Assembly (NCBI GenBank): GCA_964404945.1
Contig: CAYOLY010000002.1
Location: 602-64,601, forward strand
DNA from: an uncultured Candidatus Saccharibacteria bacterium
GTDB lineage: Bacteria > Patescibacteriota > Saccharimonadia > Saccharimonadales > Saccharimonadaceae
Direction of reading: 5' to 3'
DNA length: 64,000 nt
Shown: positions 24,517-35,135 of the stretch, in pieces
Position numbering within the stretch: position 1 is the stretch's first letter
How the letters are laid out: each line of letters begins with the position of its first letter
Program-made: the position numbers and the translations under genes
The notes under the pieces: generated by a model
What the model was told of the DNA's origin: nothing
Databases searched by the model: none
What the model saw: only the letters and a program-made list of their open reading frames with translations

Positions 24517-26490
24517 TTACCAGCCGCCGACGCCGCCGCCACCTCCGCCTCCGCCAGAGAAGCCGCCACCACCGGAAAATCCGGAGCCGCCGGAGCTGGA
24601 ACTTGACGTGGTAGAGTGAGCGATCATGCTGTTCATAGTGGAGCTGGCCGAGCTCATCGCGAGCGCAAAATCGCGGGCAGAAAATGCTCCTACACCGATA
24701 TACCAAGTCGGTGCCGTGACGTCGTCAAATTCATAATAACGACTCATCTCGTCGAGCCAGCTCTTCTCCATCCGGAAGATTGCCGCATACGGTAATAACT
24801 TTTCGTATAGTTTAACTACGCCAGTGTGGCTCGTGTCCGCGCCGTCGACACTTTGCAGGAATTTTAGGCGGTCAGCTTCGGCCATCTTGATGTAAAGTTT
24901 AAGTCCATCAAGGTAACGCGAATACTCAAGCCCTTTGTTTGTATGCGTATAGTACGAGTGCGACTTGATTGAGATAACTAGCCCAGCCACGAAGATCACG
25001 ATTGCGCTAAGTACAATAATCGGCGTTAAATATTCTAAACCGACCACTTCGATATATGAAGGGATTTCGTCGAAAGTCATAATAAAAACGAACATCCAAA
25101 TAAAGAACCAAGCAGTACAAGCCAGTGTTAGAGCTCCAGCATAGTTACGGCTTTTCTTCTCGGTCGTCGAGTTCTTTTTGGCATCTTTAGTCTTGCTAGT
25201 TGGTTCAGATAGCCCTTTCGTTTCAAGATTCTTCTGAACGTAAGTCGTAAACTTGTTAGCGAGGCTGATTAGTGAGCTGTTCGCAGAGTGTTTTTTAATC
25301 TCAATTTCTTGGCCATTTTGTAATTTAGCGTTGCTGCCAGCCAAAATTTTTAGTACCACGACTTGTTCTTGAGCGAGATCGGCCGAACGAATCCGGATTT
25401 TCCAAACTGTTTTCTTCTTACCGAAAGCGCTATCTTTTTCACTCTTAACCATCTCGATTTTATGCTGCACGGCTAGCTCAAGTAAAGTCGCAACTTTGCT
25501 ATTGCCATTTGCTCCCTTCCCGATATAGTTAGCCGCCATCTCCGCCACGGTAAATTCTGTTGGCGGAGTATACTCCGGTTTAACGAAGAGCTCTTTGTAA
25601 TAGCGACGCTTCTCGCTGACGGTGCGCCAAGTAATAACCATCAAGATAACCATTCCTGTGCCGCTGATTAGCATAGCGACAGCTATAGTTATTACGCGGT
25701 AATCGTAACGCGGTTGCGGTAGGGCGAACGTACCCGGCTCAAATTTCATCACTAGCGTTAAGTTTTCGTTCGCACTCAATCTCCCGGTCGAAAACTCCAC
25801 GCCGTCTTCAATTTCGGTCGTTTCGCAACGGCTAGTATTCGTGCTACCCCATTTACCAACGTAACAGGCGGTCTCGCCGGTAAAATCATCAATTATATCA
25901 TCATCAAGGTGTACGCGTGCGGTCAAGCTTTCAAATCGGTTCGGGCTATCATTACCGTTGGTATCCCAATAAAGCTCTTGCCATTCTTCGAAATCCGTAA
26001 TCAGATTCTCGAACTCGTACTCCAAGGTATAAATCTGACGTCCGTGTACATATTCGTCCGGGTCGCCGATGTAAACATTGAAATAGCCGTCGCCAATTTC
26101 GACTCTGTCGACGGGCTCTTCTTTACCATTGCGTTCGACATTCATATAGATCGTCGTATCGCTCGACATCGTCATGTTTTTGCCGCCTTGGTTCGTGAAT
26201 GGAATTACCCGGTTAATGCCGTGATTCTGATTGGTGTCCGGAAAGATCGCTGTAATCTCTTCAATGACATGCATTCGGCTAGTTCCATCTTCGTCACGCC
26301 AGAGATAATAATCGACCGCAAAATCCTCGAAATAAAGGTAGCTTGTCTTATAGGTAGTGATAGGAGCTGTTACACCCAGAAGCTTACTGCTCATGTTGTC
26401 GCTTAGCGCCGAAACCGGCACCACGCTTAAGAGTGCACAACATACCGCCATAATAGCTGCACCCAGCGCCTTTTTAATTCTATTCATCAA
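24517..26490 (-). CDS. DUF2207-family membrane protein
   Basis: Signal peptide, ELYWDTNG, ATLLELA, YLDGLKLYI, LLPYAAIF, Gly/Ser tail GGSGFSGGGGFSGGGGGGGGVGGW. Confidence 0.85.
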   Translation of the reverse strand: MMNRIKKALGAAIMAVCCALLSVVPVSALSDNMSSKLLGVTAPITTYKTSYLYFEDFAVDYYLWRDEDGTSRMHVIEEITAIFPDTNQNHGINRVIPFTNQGGKNMTMSSDTTIYMNVERNGKEEPVDRVEIGDGYFNVYIGDPDEYVHGRQIYTLEYEFENLITDFEEWQELYWDTNGNDSPNRFESLTARVHLDDDIIDDFTGETACYVGKWGSTNTSRCETTEIEDGVEFSTGRLSANENLTLVMKFEPGTFALPQPRYDYRVITIAVAMLISGTGMVILMVITWRTVSEKRRYYKELFVKPEYTPPTEFTVAEMAANYIGKGANGNSKVATLLELAVQHKIEMVKSEKDSAFGKKKTVWKIRIRSADLAQEQVVVLKILAGSNAKLQNGQEIEIKKHSANSSLISLANKFTTYVQKNLETKGLSEPTSKTKDAKKNSTTEKKSRNYAGALTLACTAWFFIWMFVFIMTFDEIPSYIEVVGLEYLTPIIVLSAIVIFVAGLVISIKSHSYYTHTNKGLEYSRYLDGLKLYIKMAEADRLKFLQSVDGADTSHTGVVKLYEKLLPYAAIFRMEKSWLDEMSRYYEFDDVTAPTWYIGVGAFSARDFALAMSSASSTMNSMIAHSTTSSSSSGGSGFSGGGGFSGGGGGGGGVGGW

Positions 26491-27394
26491 TGACCTCCTT
26501 AATAGTAGCCTTGATGGCGTTGGCCGATTTTTGAAATTTAATGGCCTCCTTTTCGCTAAGTTTTAGCTCAAGTCGGCGGATTACACCTTGGCGACCAATG
26601 ACGGCCGGAAAACCGTTAAATACGCCCGTATTGTCGTCAAACGACGAAACCGGAAGAACGCGACGCTCATCGTTCAGAATACAGTTAATAATCTGCACTA
26701 CGCACGCGCCAATCCCGTAATGAGTCGCACCCTTGCGCTGAATAATCTCGTAGGCTTTGTCGCGGACCGTTTTACTAATGCGATCACGTTCGACTTCTGG
26801 CAAAAGGTTTTCGATCTTCTCGCCACCGACCGTCGCGGTCGACCAAAGTGTCAACTCGCTGTCACCATGCTCGCCCACTTGATAGGCGTGAATCGATTTC
26901 GGATGAACTCCCAGTTTCTCGGCCAAGCGATAACGTAACCGCGCGCTATCTAATACTGTGCCGCTGCCAATTACGCGCTCTTCTGGTAAATGTGAGTAAC
27001 TCCAGGTTAAGAAGCTCAGCGTGTCGACTGGGTTTGCCACTACCAAGAAAATGCCGTCAAAGCCCGATTCCATAATTGGATCAACAATGCTTTGCAGGAT
27101 GCTGGCGTTCTTCTGCACTAAGTCAGTACGAGTTTCGTCGGGCTTCTGATTAGCGCCCGCCGTAATCACCACGATGTCACAGTCGGTCGCATCGCTATAT
27201 TCACCAGTCCGGATTTTGATAAAACTTGGCGACACCGCCAGAGCATCTGACAAGTCCATCGCTTCACCCTCGGCATCAGCTTTATCGATATCGGTTAAGA
27301 TTACTTCCCGCACTGGCGTGCGCTGATTTAATAAGGCGAAGGCAATGCTCGAGCCAACATTCCCCGTTCCCACAATCATAATTTTTCCGCTCAT
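26480..27394 (-). CDS. ldh: L-lactate dehydrogenase
   Basis: IVGTGNVG, ITAGANQKP.ETR.DL, ANPVD, GTVLDSARL, GEHGDS. Confidence 0.88.
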   Translation of the reverse strand: MSGKIMIVGTGNVGSSIAFALLNQRTPVREVILTDIDKADAEGEAMDLSDALAVSPSFIKIRTGEYSDATDCDIVVITAGANQKPDETRTDLVQKNASILQSIVDPIMESGFDGIFLVVANPVDTLSFLTWSYSHLPEERVIGSGTVLDSARLRYRLAEKLGVHPKSIHAYQVGEHGDSELTLWSTATVGGEKIENLLPEVERDRISKTVRDKAYEIIQRKGATHYGIGACVVQIINCILNDERRVLPVSSFDDNTGVFNGFPAVIGRQGVIRRLELKLSEKEAIKFQKSANAIKATIKEVIDE

Positions 27395-27443
27395 ATTATT
27401 TTTATTTTACCATGAAAATTGAGCGAAAAAATGATTACGGATT

Positions 27444-27815
27444 TTATAGCACGGGCGAGTTGCTAATCTGACCACCTGCTGCCTTGAATACTCGCGCTAA
27501 GTCTTCCTTGCTTAGTTTTTGAACCAAGACGCTCCCATTCTCGCGCGCCAATATATAAGGTTCCAGCGCCTCCAATGTTAGCTGATAATCAGCCTGCCCT
27601 AGCGCCTCGTCCTCGGACGAGAACAGCATTCGCCAAGCTACAATCGTATTAGGGTTTACCTCGTAATCCTCTTCTGGATCTAGTGAAAAGATTTGCAGAA
27701 GATCGTTCGTAATTGCAAAAGCTCCATAAAACTCGCCAGTTTCCGGATCACTAACCGACATTAAGTTCGCGACGCATGCCTCGGACCAAGCTTTCTTTAG
27801 CTCAGTTTTTCCCAC
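27444..27815 (-). CDS. Hypothetical acidic protein (123 aa)
   Basis: ORF starts 2 nt after the lysS stop, same strand; plausible composition. Confidence 0.6.
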   Translation of the reverse strand: MGKTELKKAWSEACVANLMSVSDPETGEFYGAFAITNDLLQIFSLDPEEDYEVNPNTIVAWRMLFSSEDEALGQADYQLTLEALEPYILARENGSVLVQKLSKEDLARVFKAAGGQISNSPVL

Positions 27816-27817
27816 AA

Positions 27818-29272
27818 TTAATCCCTAGCTTTAATAATCGGGAATGGCACAGCCTCACGCCCCGACACGCCTTCAAGCAGCCAGAAATTACGCTCAGAAT
27901 TACCCCAACCACAGGCTGGTGGCATACCGTATTCTAGCATCTCGACAAAGTCCATATCGAGCATTTGTGCTTCATCGTCACCGGCATCGCGCATCGCTTG
28001 CTGCTCCTCAAAGCGCTCGAGCTGGTCGATCGGATCATTCAACTCGCTATAACCATTTCCCATTTCAGTGCCAGCAATGATCGGGTGGAAACGCTGCGTA
28101 ACTAACGGGTTCTCTTCCACCTTTTTCGCTAGCGGGCTGAGGCTCAGCGGTTCCTCAATTAGCCAGTACGGGCCAGCTGAAGTTTTACGAATTAACTTCC
28201 AGAGGTTATCAAGCAGACGTGCGTCGCTCATTTCGGGGTCGGCCGGTGCATTATTCTCTTTCAGAATCGTTAGCATCTTTTCTCGGTCAGGGTTGAATAC
28301 ATCAATTCCGAATTTTTCCATCAACAAGTCCGCATATTTCACGCGAGGCCACTCACAATCGAGATCAACTTCAAAACCGCCAACGTTAAATTTCAGCGTG
28401 CCCCAAGTTTCTTTTGCGACGTATTTAATCATGCCTTCATAGAGTTTTATGCCGTCTTCGTAGTTCTCATATGCAGCGTAAGACTCCATCGCAATATGTT
28501 CTGGCAAATGCTCGTCGTCAACTCCTTCGTTGCGGAAGCGTGGTCCGATGTCAAAAACCTTCTCAAAACCACCACCCAGTAAACGCTTTAGCGGCAATTC
28601 CTGCGAAATACGCAAATAGTAATCTTGGTCAAGCGCGTCCATATGGGTCACGAATGGGTTAGCATCAGCACCGCCGGTTGTTACTTCGAGTACCGGGGTA
28701 TTCACCTCGACAAAGCCATGTTGCGTCAGATAGTCGCGCGTGGCTTGCCAGAATTTCGAACGGCGGACGAGGCGTTCACGCACTTCTGGATTTACGTTCA
28801 TATCGACATAACGACGGCGATAGCGCTCTTCCTTGTTGGTGAAGCCATCATAACCCGGTAAAGGACGCAAGCTTTTCGTCAACAGACGTACACTGTCGGC
28901 AAAAATCGAAATCTCGCCGGTACTCGATTTGCCAACCGTCCCTTCGGCTTCGACAAAGTCGCCGGTGTCCAGCAGGCGTAGCTGCTTCACGCCGAAGCGA
29001 CCCGCCGGAACATCGTCGGTTTTCTGCATAAAAATTTGAATTTCGCCAAAGTAATCGCGAATCTTCACAAAAGCAATCTTACCGAATGAACGGATCGCCA
29101 CAATTCGACCAGCCACGCAGACTGTCTGACCATCCTTCTCGTCGAAATGATTCAACACCGCTGATATCTTCGTATTGCGATGTGACTTAGCAGGATACGG
29201 ATCAATCCCGAGCGAGCGAATCTCGGCTAATTTTTTGAGTCTTTCGTCACGATAATCATTCAAAGTAGTCAT
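27818..29272 (-). CDS. lysS: Lysine--tRNA ligase (class II)
   Basis: OB-fold AGRIVAIRSFGK, YLRISQELPLKRL, FRNEG, EYGMPP. Confidence 0.95.
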   Translation of the reverse strand: MTTLNDYRDERLKKLAEIRSLGIDPYPAKSHRNTKISAVLNHFDEKDGQTVCVAGRIVAIRSFGKIAFVKIRDYFGEIQIFMQKTDDVPAGRFGVKQLRLLDTGDFVEAEGTVGKSSTGEISIFADSVRLLTKSLRPLPGYDGFTNKEERYRRRYVDMNVNPEVRERLVRRSKFWQATRDYLTQHGFVEVNTPVLEVTTGGADANPFVTHMDALDQDYYLRISQELPLKRLLGGGFEKVFDIGPRFRNEGVDDEHLPEHIAMESYAAYENYEDGIKLYEGMIKYVAKETWGTLKFNVGGFEVDLDCEWPRVKYADLLMEKFGIDVFNPDREKMLTILKENNAPADPEMSDARLLDNLWKLIRKTSAGPYWLIEEPLSLSPLAKKVEENPLVTQRFHPIIAGTEMGNGYSELNDPIDQLERFEEQQAMRDAGDDEAQMLDMDFVEMLEYGMPPACGWGNSERNFWLLEGVSGREAVPFPIIKARD

Positions 29273-29300
29273 AATATTATTATCTTAGCATACTATTCAC

Positions 29301-29347
29301 AAAAAAGCCAGCTTAGCATTGACAAAACTGGCTATGTGTGATACAAT
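29301..29347. promoter_or_regulatory. greA terminator (-) overlapping a consensus promoter (+)
   Basis: On - strand AGCCAG..CTGGCT then T run; on + strand TTGACA(29319)-17-TACAAT(29347). Confidence 0.55.
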
Positions 29348-29363
29348 GGGAGGATAGGCCTTT

Positions 29364-29807
29364 TTAGGCTATACTCTTAATCTTGACCTTTTTCCCATTA
29401 AAATCGAAAGATTCACCGGCCTTTCGACCAAGCAATTCCTTGCCGATCGGCGATTCGTGCGAAATCTTCCCCTCAAGCGGGTTCGCTTCGACCGGACCAA
29501 CGACGGTATAGGTAACTTCCTTACCGCCCATATCGATCACTGCAGTTGCGCCGATGATGATTTTATCGGTTTTCTTAGCTTTGATCAGGGTAGCATTTTT
29601 GAGTGTTTCCTCAATTTCGAGGATACGATTTTCAACGTTTTTTTGCTCAGCGCGAGCATCAGTATATTCTTGGTTTTCCGATAAGTCGCCAAAAGCACGA
29701 GCAGTAGCAATCCGCTCAGCGATGGCCGGACGCTGCGCCACGAGTTCCGCTAATTCATTTTCAAGTTCGGCATAGCCTGCCGGAGTAAGATTAATTGTCT
29801 TTTTCAT
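29364..29807 (-). CDS. greA: Transcription elongation factor GreA
   Basis: LTPAGY..L..EL, GDLSENQEY, ISHESPIGKELLG; start at MKK 29807. Confidence 0.93.
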   Translation of the reverse strand: MKKTINLTPAGYAELENELAELVAQRPAIAERIATARAFGDLSENQEYTDARAEQKNVENRILEIEETLKNATLIKAKKTDKIIIGATAVIDMGGKEVTYTVVGPVEANPLEGKISHESPIGKELLGRKAGESFDFNGKKVKIKSIA

Positions 29808-29842
29808 AACTGCTAAAAGTTTATTATATGTTACTATTAATG

Positions 29843-31069
29843 TCAATATAAGTTAAGCGTTTCGGCCGGGTAGACCCTCGTTTCACCAGTTGCGCGGTTC
29901 ATGACTTCGATTTCACCTTTTTCGAGTCCGCGATCGGAAACAATCACGCGGTACGGTAAACCAATTAAATCGGCGTTAGCAAACTTTTCGCCTGGACGCA
30001 AATCGCGGTCGTCATACAGGACATCATTTTCGTGTCCCGCGTAAAGCTCCTCGGCCTTCTTTGTGCCGGCTTCGCCAATCGAGATTAAATAATACTTGTA
30101 CGGGGCGACCTGCTCTGGCCAGACAAGCCCTTTATTGTCGGCATATTTCTCAGCAATGACGCCCATAACGCGTGAGACGCCGATACCGTAGCAGCCCATG
30201 AGCACGGGTTGTTTCGTACCATCGCGATCCATAAATTCCAGCCCGAGCGGCGTGGAATATTTCGTCTTAAGGGTAAAGATATTACCAACTTCGGCGGCTT
30301 TGGCGGATTGGAGTTCTGCGCGCTTGACACCTAGTTCGGCGAGAACCTCATCGTTTAGGACTTCTTCGTTCAATACGACGGATTTGTCCGCATTATAGTA
30401 AATCGTATCTTCACCAACGTCAGTTAGAGTCTGGAATTCGTGACTATACTTAGCGAAGACACCGCCGCTAGCGAAAGTTTGGTAAGTATCATCACCGATC
30501 CCGAGACGATCGTAGATTTTTTTGTAGGCGACTTCCGCTTTATGATAGAACTCATCGTGTTGTGCTTCGGTTGCAGCAAAACTATAGAGATCCTTCATGA
30601 TGAACTCGCGGGTGCGCATAATGCCTGACTTGGCGCGAAGCTCATTGCGGAACTTGGTCTGAATCTGATAGGCGGCTAACGGCAAGTCTTTATAGCTGTT
30701 AATGTAAGTCTTCATTAAGTTTGTAATTGGCTCTTCGTGGGTAGGGGCAAGACCTAGCTCACCACCGGCGGCTAATTCCGTACGGAACCAAACATCCATC
30801 TTTTTGATATCCCAGCGGTCGGTTTTCTGCCAAGGTTCTGGATTTTGTAGAGTCGAAAGCAGGATTTCTTGGCAACCGATCGCGTTTAGCTCTTCGCGGA
30901 TAACGGTTTTAATATTATCAAGCACCCGAAGGCCTAGTGGCAAATAATCGTAGACGCCAGCTAATTCTTTATGGACATAACCGGCTCGTGACAAATATTG
31001 CGCGCCGCGTGCGGTCTCGTCCTTCGGCGCATCATGAAGAGTCTTAACAAATGAATGACTTAAACGCAT
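29843..31069 (-). CDS. proS: Proline--tRNA ligase (short form)
   Basis: LAPTHEE, QTKFRNELRAKSGIMRTREFIMKDLYSF, MGCYGIGVSR. Confidence 0.93.
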   Translation of the reverse strand: MRLSHSFVKTLHDAPKDETARGAQYLSRAGYVHKELAGVYDYLPLGLRVLDNIKTVIREELNAIGCQEILLSTLQNPEPWQKTDRWDIKKMDVWFRTELAAGGELGLAPTHEEPITNLMKTYINSYKDLPLAAYQIQTKFRNELRAKSGIMRTREFIMKDLYSFAATEAQHDEFYHKAEVAYKKIYDRLGIGDDTYQTFASGGVFAKYSHEFQTLTDVGEDTIYYNADKSVVLNEEVLNDEVLAELGVKRAELQSAKAAEVGNIFTLKTKYSTPLGLEFMDRDGTKQPVLMGCYGIGVSRVMGVIAEKYADNKGLVWPEQVAPYKYYLISIGEAGTKKAEELYAGHENDVLYDDRDLRPGEKFANADLIGLPYRVIVSDRGLEKGEIEVMNRATGETRVYPAETLNLY

Positions 31070-31110
31070 AACAGTTTATATTATAGCATAGTCTAGAGCG
31101 ATGCGGTCGA

Positions 31111-31716
31111 TTATGCCTTCTGGATGAAATAGTTACCCCAATGGTTCTCACCGCTTTTACTGCGTTTTGGAGAAATATTGGTGTTAAAATCGATAATCTC
31201 TGTTTTCTGAGGCAGCTTGGCTAGTAGCTCGCCCAGTTTTTCAGGCGTAATATAAATGTAGGTTTTCCCTTCTTTTGTATGCACGCCGTCACCAACTTTG
31301 AACGAAGTGTAGATGAGTCCGCCTGGTTTTAGAGCGCGAAGCATCTTCGTCAAGATGGTCGGCAGCTCTTTTAGCGTAACGTGCAAGATGGAAGCGCTAG
31401 CCCAAATCCCATCGTACTTTGATTTATCATCAAGTTCTGAGAACAACATCTGCTCAACTGGCTGGCCAATAAAATTGCTTGCCAACCGACACATTTCCGG
31501 CGATCCGTCCACTGGCCGCACCTTGCAATTATGTTCTAGTAGATATTTGCTATCACGGCCTGGGCCGCAACCAAAGTCCAAGATATAGGCATTCTCTGGA
31601 AGCAACGATAGAAAATGTTGTAGCTGTTTTTCGACGGTATTGCGATAACGCTCCATGGAGTGAGTTTGTTCGAAGTATAATTCGGCATTCTTATTATAAA
31701 AGTCTAGCGAGTTCAT
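31111..31716 (-). CDS. Class I SAM-dependent methyltransferase
   Basis: ILDFGCGPGRD, YDGIWASASILH, LKPGG. Confidence 0.85.
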   Translation of the reverse strand: MNSLDFYNKNAELYFEQTHSMERYRNTVEKQLQHFLSLLPENAYILDFGCGPGRDSKYLLEHNCKVRPVDGSPEMCRLASNFIGQPVEQMLFSELDDKSKYDGIWASASILHVTLKELPTILTKMLRALKPGGLIYTSFKVGDGVHTKEGKTYIYITPEKLGELLAKLPQKTEIIDFNTNISPKRSKSGENHWGNYFIQKA

Positions 31717-31717
31717 C

Positions 31718-32593
31718 TTAGATAGCGATATACATTATATAGAACGCAATACCGTTTGAAAGCATGTGCAGCAAGATACCGCTCCAGATCGTACCAGTTA
31801 CCTCGCGCAAGCTACACATAACGACGCTCAGGGCGAAGGTGGCTACGCCGACGTTCCATTGCCCGTGTAACGCGCCAAATAGCACCGAAACCAACAGTGT
31901 CGCCGAAACAGCACCAAGCTTAGTCCGCAGCTTGCCATAGAGCCAACCACGCATCAGAATCTCTTCAGCAATTGGGGCGACCAAGACCAGCGCAATCATC
32001 GCCATTACGCGATCGCCAGTCGTGATGAAATAGCCAAAGCCAACATCTTGCGCTTGATTCTTGTTGAACCATTCAAAGACCGACATTGCTGCCGTGAGTA
32101 CGTTTGCTAAGATAGCGTAAGCGACGTAGCCAATCGGAGCCAGCCCGATGTCGACAAAGGTCGGGAATTCACCCATGCCCATCTCGTTACGATCGGTGGC
32201 CAGAGGATTGTTTTTGGTCGAGATCGGGGCGTTTAATAGTTTTTCTTCGGCTGCAGCTTCAGCCTGAGCTGTAGTTTTGCTGTCGTCTTCGGCCGCTCGA
32301 TGACGAGCTTTAGCTTGACGCCAGAGACGTGGCGGAAGCCAGATTACTAATACAATCGTTAATGTGTACTGCAGGATACTATACACTAAAGTCCAGAGCG
32401 GCTTAGTCACGTTCTCGCCTAGCAACATCTGCATCGGGTAAGCAATAACAATCTGACTGGCCGTAAAACTGAGCGCTACCCAAGCAAGCAAAAAAACGAC
32501 GAAAGCGAACTTTTCTTTATCAAAGTGCCACCTCCGCTCGGGTTTCGTCGGTTTCGCAGCTTTTTTGGTAGTTTTCTGAGTTTTGCTAGGCAT
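31718..32593 (-). CDS. CPBP (CAAX/Abi) intramembrane metalloprotease
   Basis: APIAEEILMRG, FGALH, HMLSN. Confidence 0.85.
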   Translation of the reverse strand: MPSKTQKTTKKAAKPTKPERRWHFDKEKFAFVVFLLAWVALSFTASQIVIAYPMQMLLGENVTKPLWTLVYSILQYTLTIVLVIWLPPRLWRQAKARHRAAEDDSKTTAQAEAAAEEKLLNAPISTKNNPLATDRNEMGMGEFPTFVDIGLAPIGYVAYAILANVLTAAMSVFEWFNKNQAQDVGFGYFITTGDRVMAMIALVLVAPIAEEILMRGWLYGKLRTKLGAVSATLLVSVLFGALHGQWNVGVATFALSVVMCSLREVTGTIWSGILLHMLSNGIAFYIMYIAI

Positions 32594-32596
32594 GGT

Positions 32597-33832
32597 TTAG
32601 AATAACTTAATTATATCCAGCACCGTAATAATTACGATGAGCGCCAACAAGACCAAGAAGGCACGAGAAACAATTTTCTCTTCGGTTTCTTTAGTTAACT
32701 TTTTACCACGAAGCTTATACAATGCGATCAGCAGCCAACGACCACCGTCCAACGCCGGAATCGGCAAAACATTCATGCAGGCGAGCGACACCGAGATGAG
32801 GGCAGCCAAAAAGGCTAGGTTGGGCGCGCCAGCCTCGGCAAAGGCCGGGAACATTACGCCTACGATACCCACTGGGCCAGAGACCGAATCGCCAACTGTG
32901 GCAAGATCTTGTTTTCCATCCTCCCTAACTTCTGCGCTCGGACTAAATTGCCGCACTACGCCCGAAACCAGGTTCCAGACCAAGTCTCCGAGTCCCTTGA
33001 AGGTTTCACCCGTAAGTTGTACCGTTAAACCGACGCCAACGATCGGGGCTGACCAAGTTGAACGGATAAAGCGCTGGCCGTATTCTTGCATCTCGATGCC
33101 GAGGCTGTACTCTGCATCGGACGGGTTCAAAGTCGCAACGAGTTCCTTCCTCTCGGCATTCTCACCACGTTCAACAACATAAACCACTTCTTTCCCGGCG
33201 TTTTCCTTGCCGTAGTTTATGATATCAGACGCCGAAGTTACGGTTTGGCCATCACCAAAACTGATAATTTCGTCTTTTGCCTCAAAGCCTGCCTTTTCGG
33301 CCGGCGAACCTTCAAGCACTTTCACCACAACGACACCATGGCCAACAATCTCTTCGGTGGCGTCCTGGCCTAGATAGAATTGCCCTGGGAGAAATTGCGG
33401 CATACCTGTAAAGGCTAAAACGGTGAGTACGATGGCGGCTACTAGCCAGTTCATTGCAACGCCGCCAAACAAAATTTTTGTTTTCGCCCAAAAACTCGAT
33501 GCACCAAAAGTCCCTTTACGCGTATCAGCGTCGGACTCGCCATCCATCGAACAGAACCCGCCGATTGGTAGCCAGTTAATGCTAAAAACCAGATTATCCT
33601 GAGGCTTTTGCCAGTCAGACTTCGGGAGCCGAAGCCATTTCTTCTCGGTTTTATCACCTTTTTTCCACTTCGGGTTACGCACCCAAGCGATTGCGCGTGG
33701 TGGAAAACCAATACCGAATTCCTTCACGGTTACACCGTTACGGCGTGCCATTATAAAATGCCCGAGCTCGTGCGCAACGATGAGTCCCATCAAAATCAAT
33801 AGGCCGATAATTACCCCAAATACAACATTCAT
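32597..33832 (-). CDS. rseP: RIP/M50 zinc metalloprotease with PDZ domain
   Basis: HELGH, PIGGFC, GSPAEKAG, NVLPIPALDGG. Confidence 0.9.
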   Translation of the reverse strand: MNVVFGVIIGLLILMGLIVAHELGHFIMARRNGVTVKEFGIGFPPRAIAWVRNPKWKKGDKTEKKWLRLPKSDWQKPQDNLVFSINWLPIGGFCSMDGESDADTRKGTFGASSFWAKTKILFGGVAMNWLVAAIVLTVLAFTGMPQFLPGQFYLGQDATEEIVGHGVVVVKVLEGSPAEKAGFEAKDEIISFGDGQTVTSASDIINYGKENAGKEVVYVVERGENAERKELVATLNPSDAEYSLGIEMQEYGQRFIRSTWSAPIVGVGLTVQLTGETFKGLGDLVWNLVSGVVRQFSPSAEVREDGKQDLATVGDSVSGPVGIVGVMFPAFAEAGAPNLAFLAALISVSLACMNVLPIPALDGGRWLLIALYKLRGKKLTKETEEKIVSRAFLVLLALIVIITVLDIIKLF

Positions 33833-33893
33833 GAGACTATTTTATCACACTTTCAAACACTAGCATTAACTTTTTCGGCGACATCTGACATAA

Positions 33894-34574
33894 TTATTTG
33901 CCGAAACGACGCTGACGATTATTATACTCGTCGATAACAGATTTCAGATCTTCTTTAGTAAAGGCCGGAAAATATTTATCTATAAAGAGAAACTCTGCAT
34001 AAGCGGCACGCCAAAGCATAAAACCAGATGTACGTTCCTCGCCGCTTGTCCGCACGACAAAATCACAATCTGGAATCTCGGGATGATAGAGATAGTTGCG
34101 AAAGTTCTCTGGCGTATAATCACGGTCGTCAGACTCGACCATTTTTTTGGCAGCATCAGCAATTTCCCACTGTCCACCGTAGTTGAAGCAAAAACAAACC
34201 GTCAAGCCAGTATTGTCTTTTGTTGAGGCTTCGGATTCCATGAGATCTTGCCAAATTTTTGGATCAACGTGTTCCGGACGACCCAAAATTGCGATACGCA
34301 TGTTGTATTTTTGGGCCTTTTTCGTCAAGCGACCGATTTCGGAAGCTACCATACCCATAAGGTAGTCAATTTCTTCTTGAGAGCGGCCCCAGTTTTCGGT
34401 GCTGAAAATGAAGAAAGAAGCATACTTAACGTCGGTGCTGGCTAGCTCCTCGATGATCATCTCGACGACTTTTGAGCCCTTGCGATGCCCCTCCAAGGTC
34501 GGCAGTCCCTGCTCTTTAGCCCAGCGACGATTCCCGTCGGCAATAAAACCAAGGTGTGTGAGTTGGTTTGCCAT
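33894..34574 (-). CDS. uppS: Polyprenyl diphosphate synthase
   Basis: HLGFIADGNRRWA, FSTENW, RTSGEERTSGF. Confidence 0.93.
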   Translation of the reverse strand: MANQLTHLGFIADGNRRWAKEQGLPTLEGHRKGSKVVEMIIEELASTDVKYASFFIFSTENWGRSQEEIDYLMGMVASEIGRLTKKAQKYNMRIAILGRPEHVDPKIWQDLMESEASTKDNTGLTVCFCFNYGGQWEIADAAKKMVESDDRDYTPENFRNYLYHPEIPDCDFVVRTSGEERTSGFMLWRAAYAEFLFIDKYFPAFTKEDLKSVIDEYNNRQRRFGK

Positions 34575-35116
34575 TAGATCGCCATGATCTCCGCAGTTTT
34601 AACCTTGAATAGCGTATCAATCTTGTCGGTAAAATTCTTCGTTAACTCATCAATACTCTTTTCCGCACGCTTAACGGTGTCTTCCGGTAGTTCAGCTCCT
34701 TTAAGCTCCTTGCGAGCATCTTCACGAACATTGCGAATAGCAACCTTAGCATCCTCAACTTTCGCAGAAGCGGTCTTAACAATCTCCTTACGACGTTCCT
34801 CGGTTAGCGGCGGGACCGGCACGCGTACGACGTGACCATCGTCAGACGGGTTTAACCCGAGGGTTTGGTCTTCACGAATTGCCTTAGAGATAGCCTGAAT
34901 ATTGGTTGGGTCAAACGGAGTAACCTGCAACATAGTCCCGCCTGAAGCGGTTACGTTTGCAACCTGGTTTAATGGCATGAATTGGCCATATGCTTCGACT
35001 TTGACATTGGCAAGCATGTCAGGGTGTGCGCGTCCAGTGCGGACTTTTTTCATTTCGTCTTGAAAGCGTTGCACAGCGGCTTCCATAGCTTTGCGATATT
35101 CATTGTCGTCAAACAT
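34574..35116 (-). CDS. frr: Ribosome recycling factor
   Basis: RTGRAHP, LGLNPSDDG, VPPLTEERR. Confidence 0.95.
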   Translation of the reverse strand: MFDDNEYRKAMEAAVQRFQDEMKKVRTGRAHPDMLANVKVEAYGQFMPLNQVANVTASGGTMLQVTPFDPTNIQAISKAIREDQTLGLNPSDDGHVVRVPVPPLTEERRKEIVKTASAKVEDAKVAIRNVREDARKELKGAELPEDTVKRAEKSIDELTKNFTDKIDTLFKVKTAEIMAI

Positions 35117-35135
35117 ATAACCTCCTAGGTTGATT

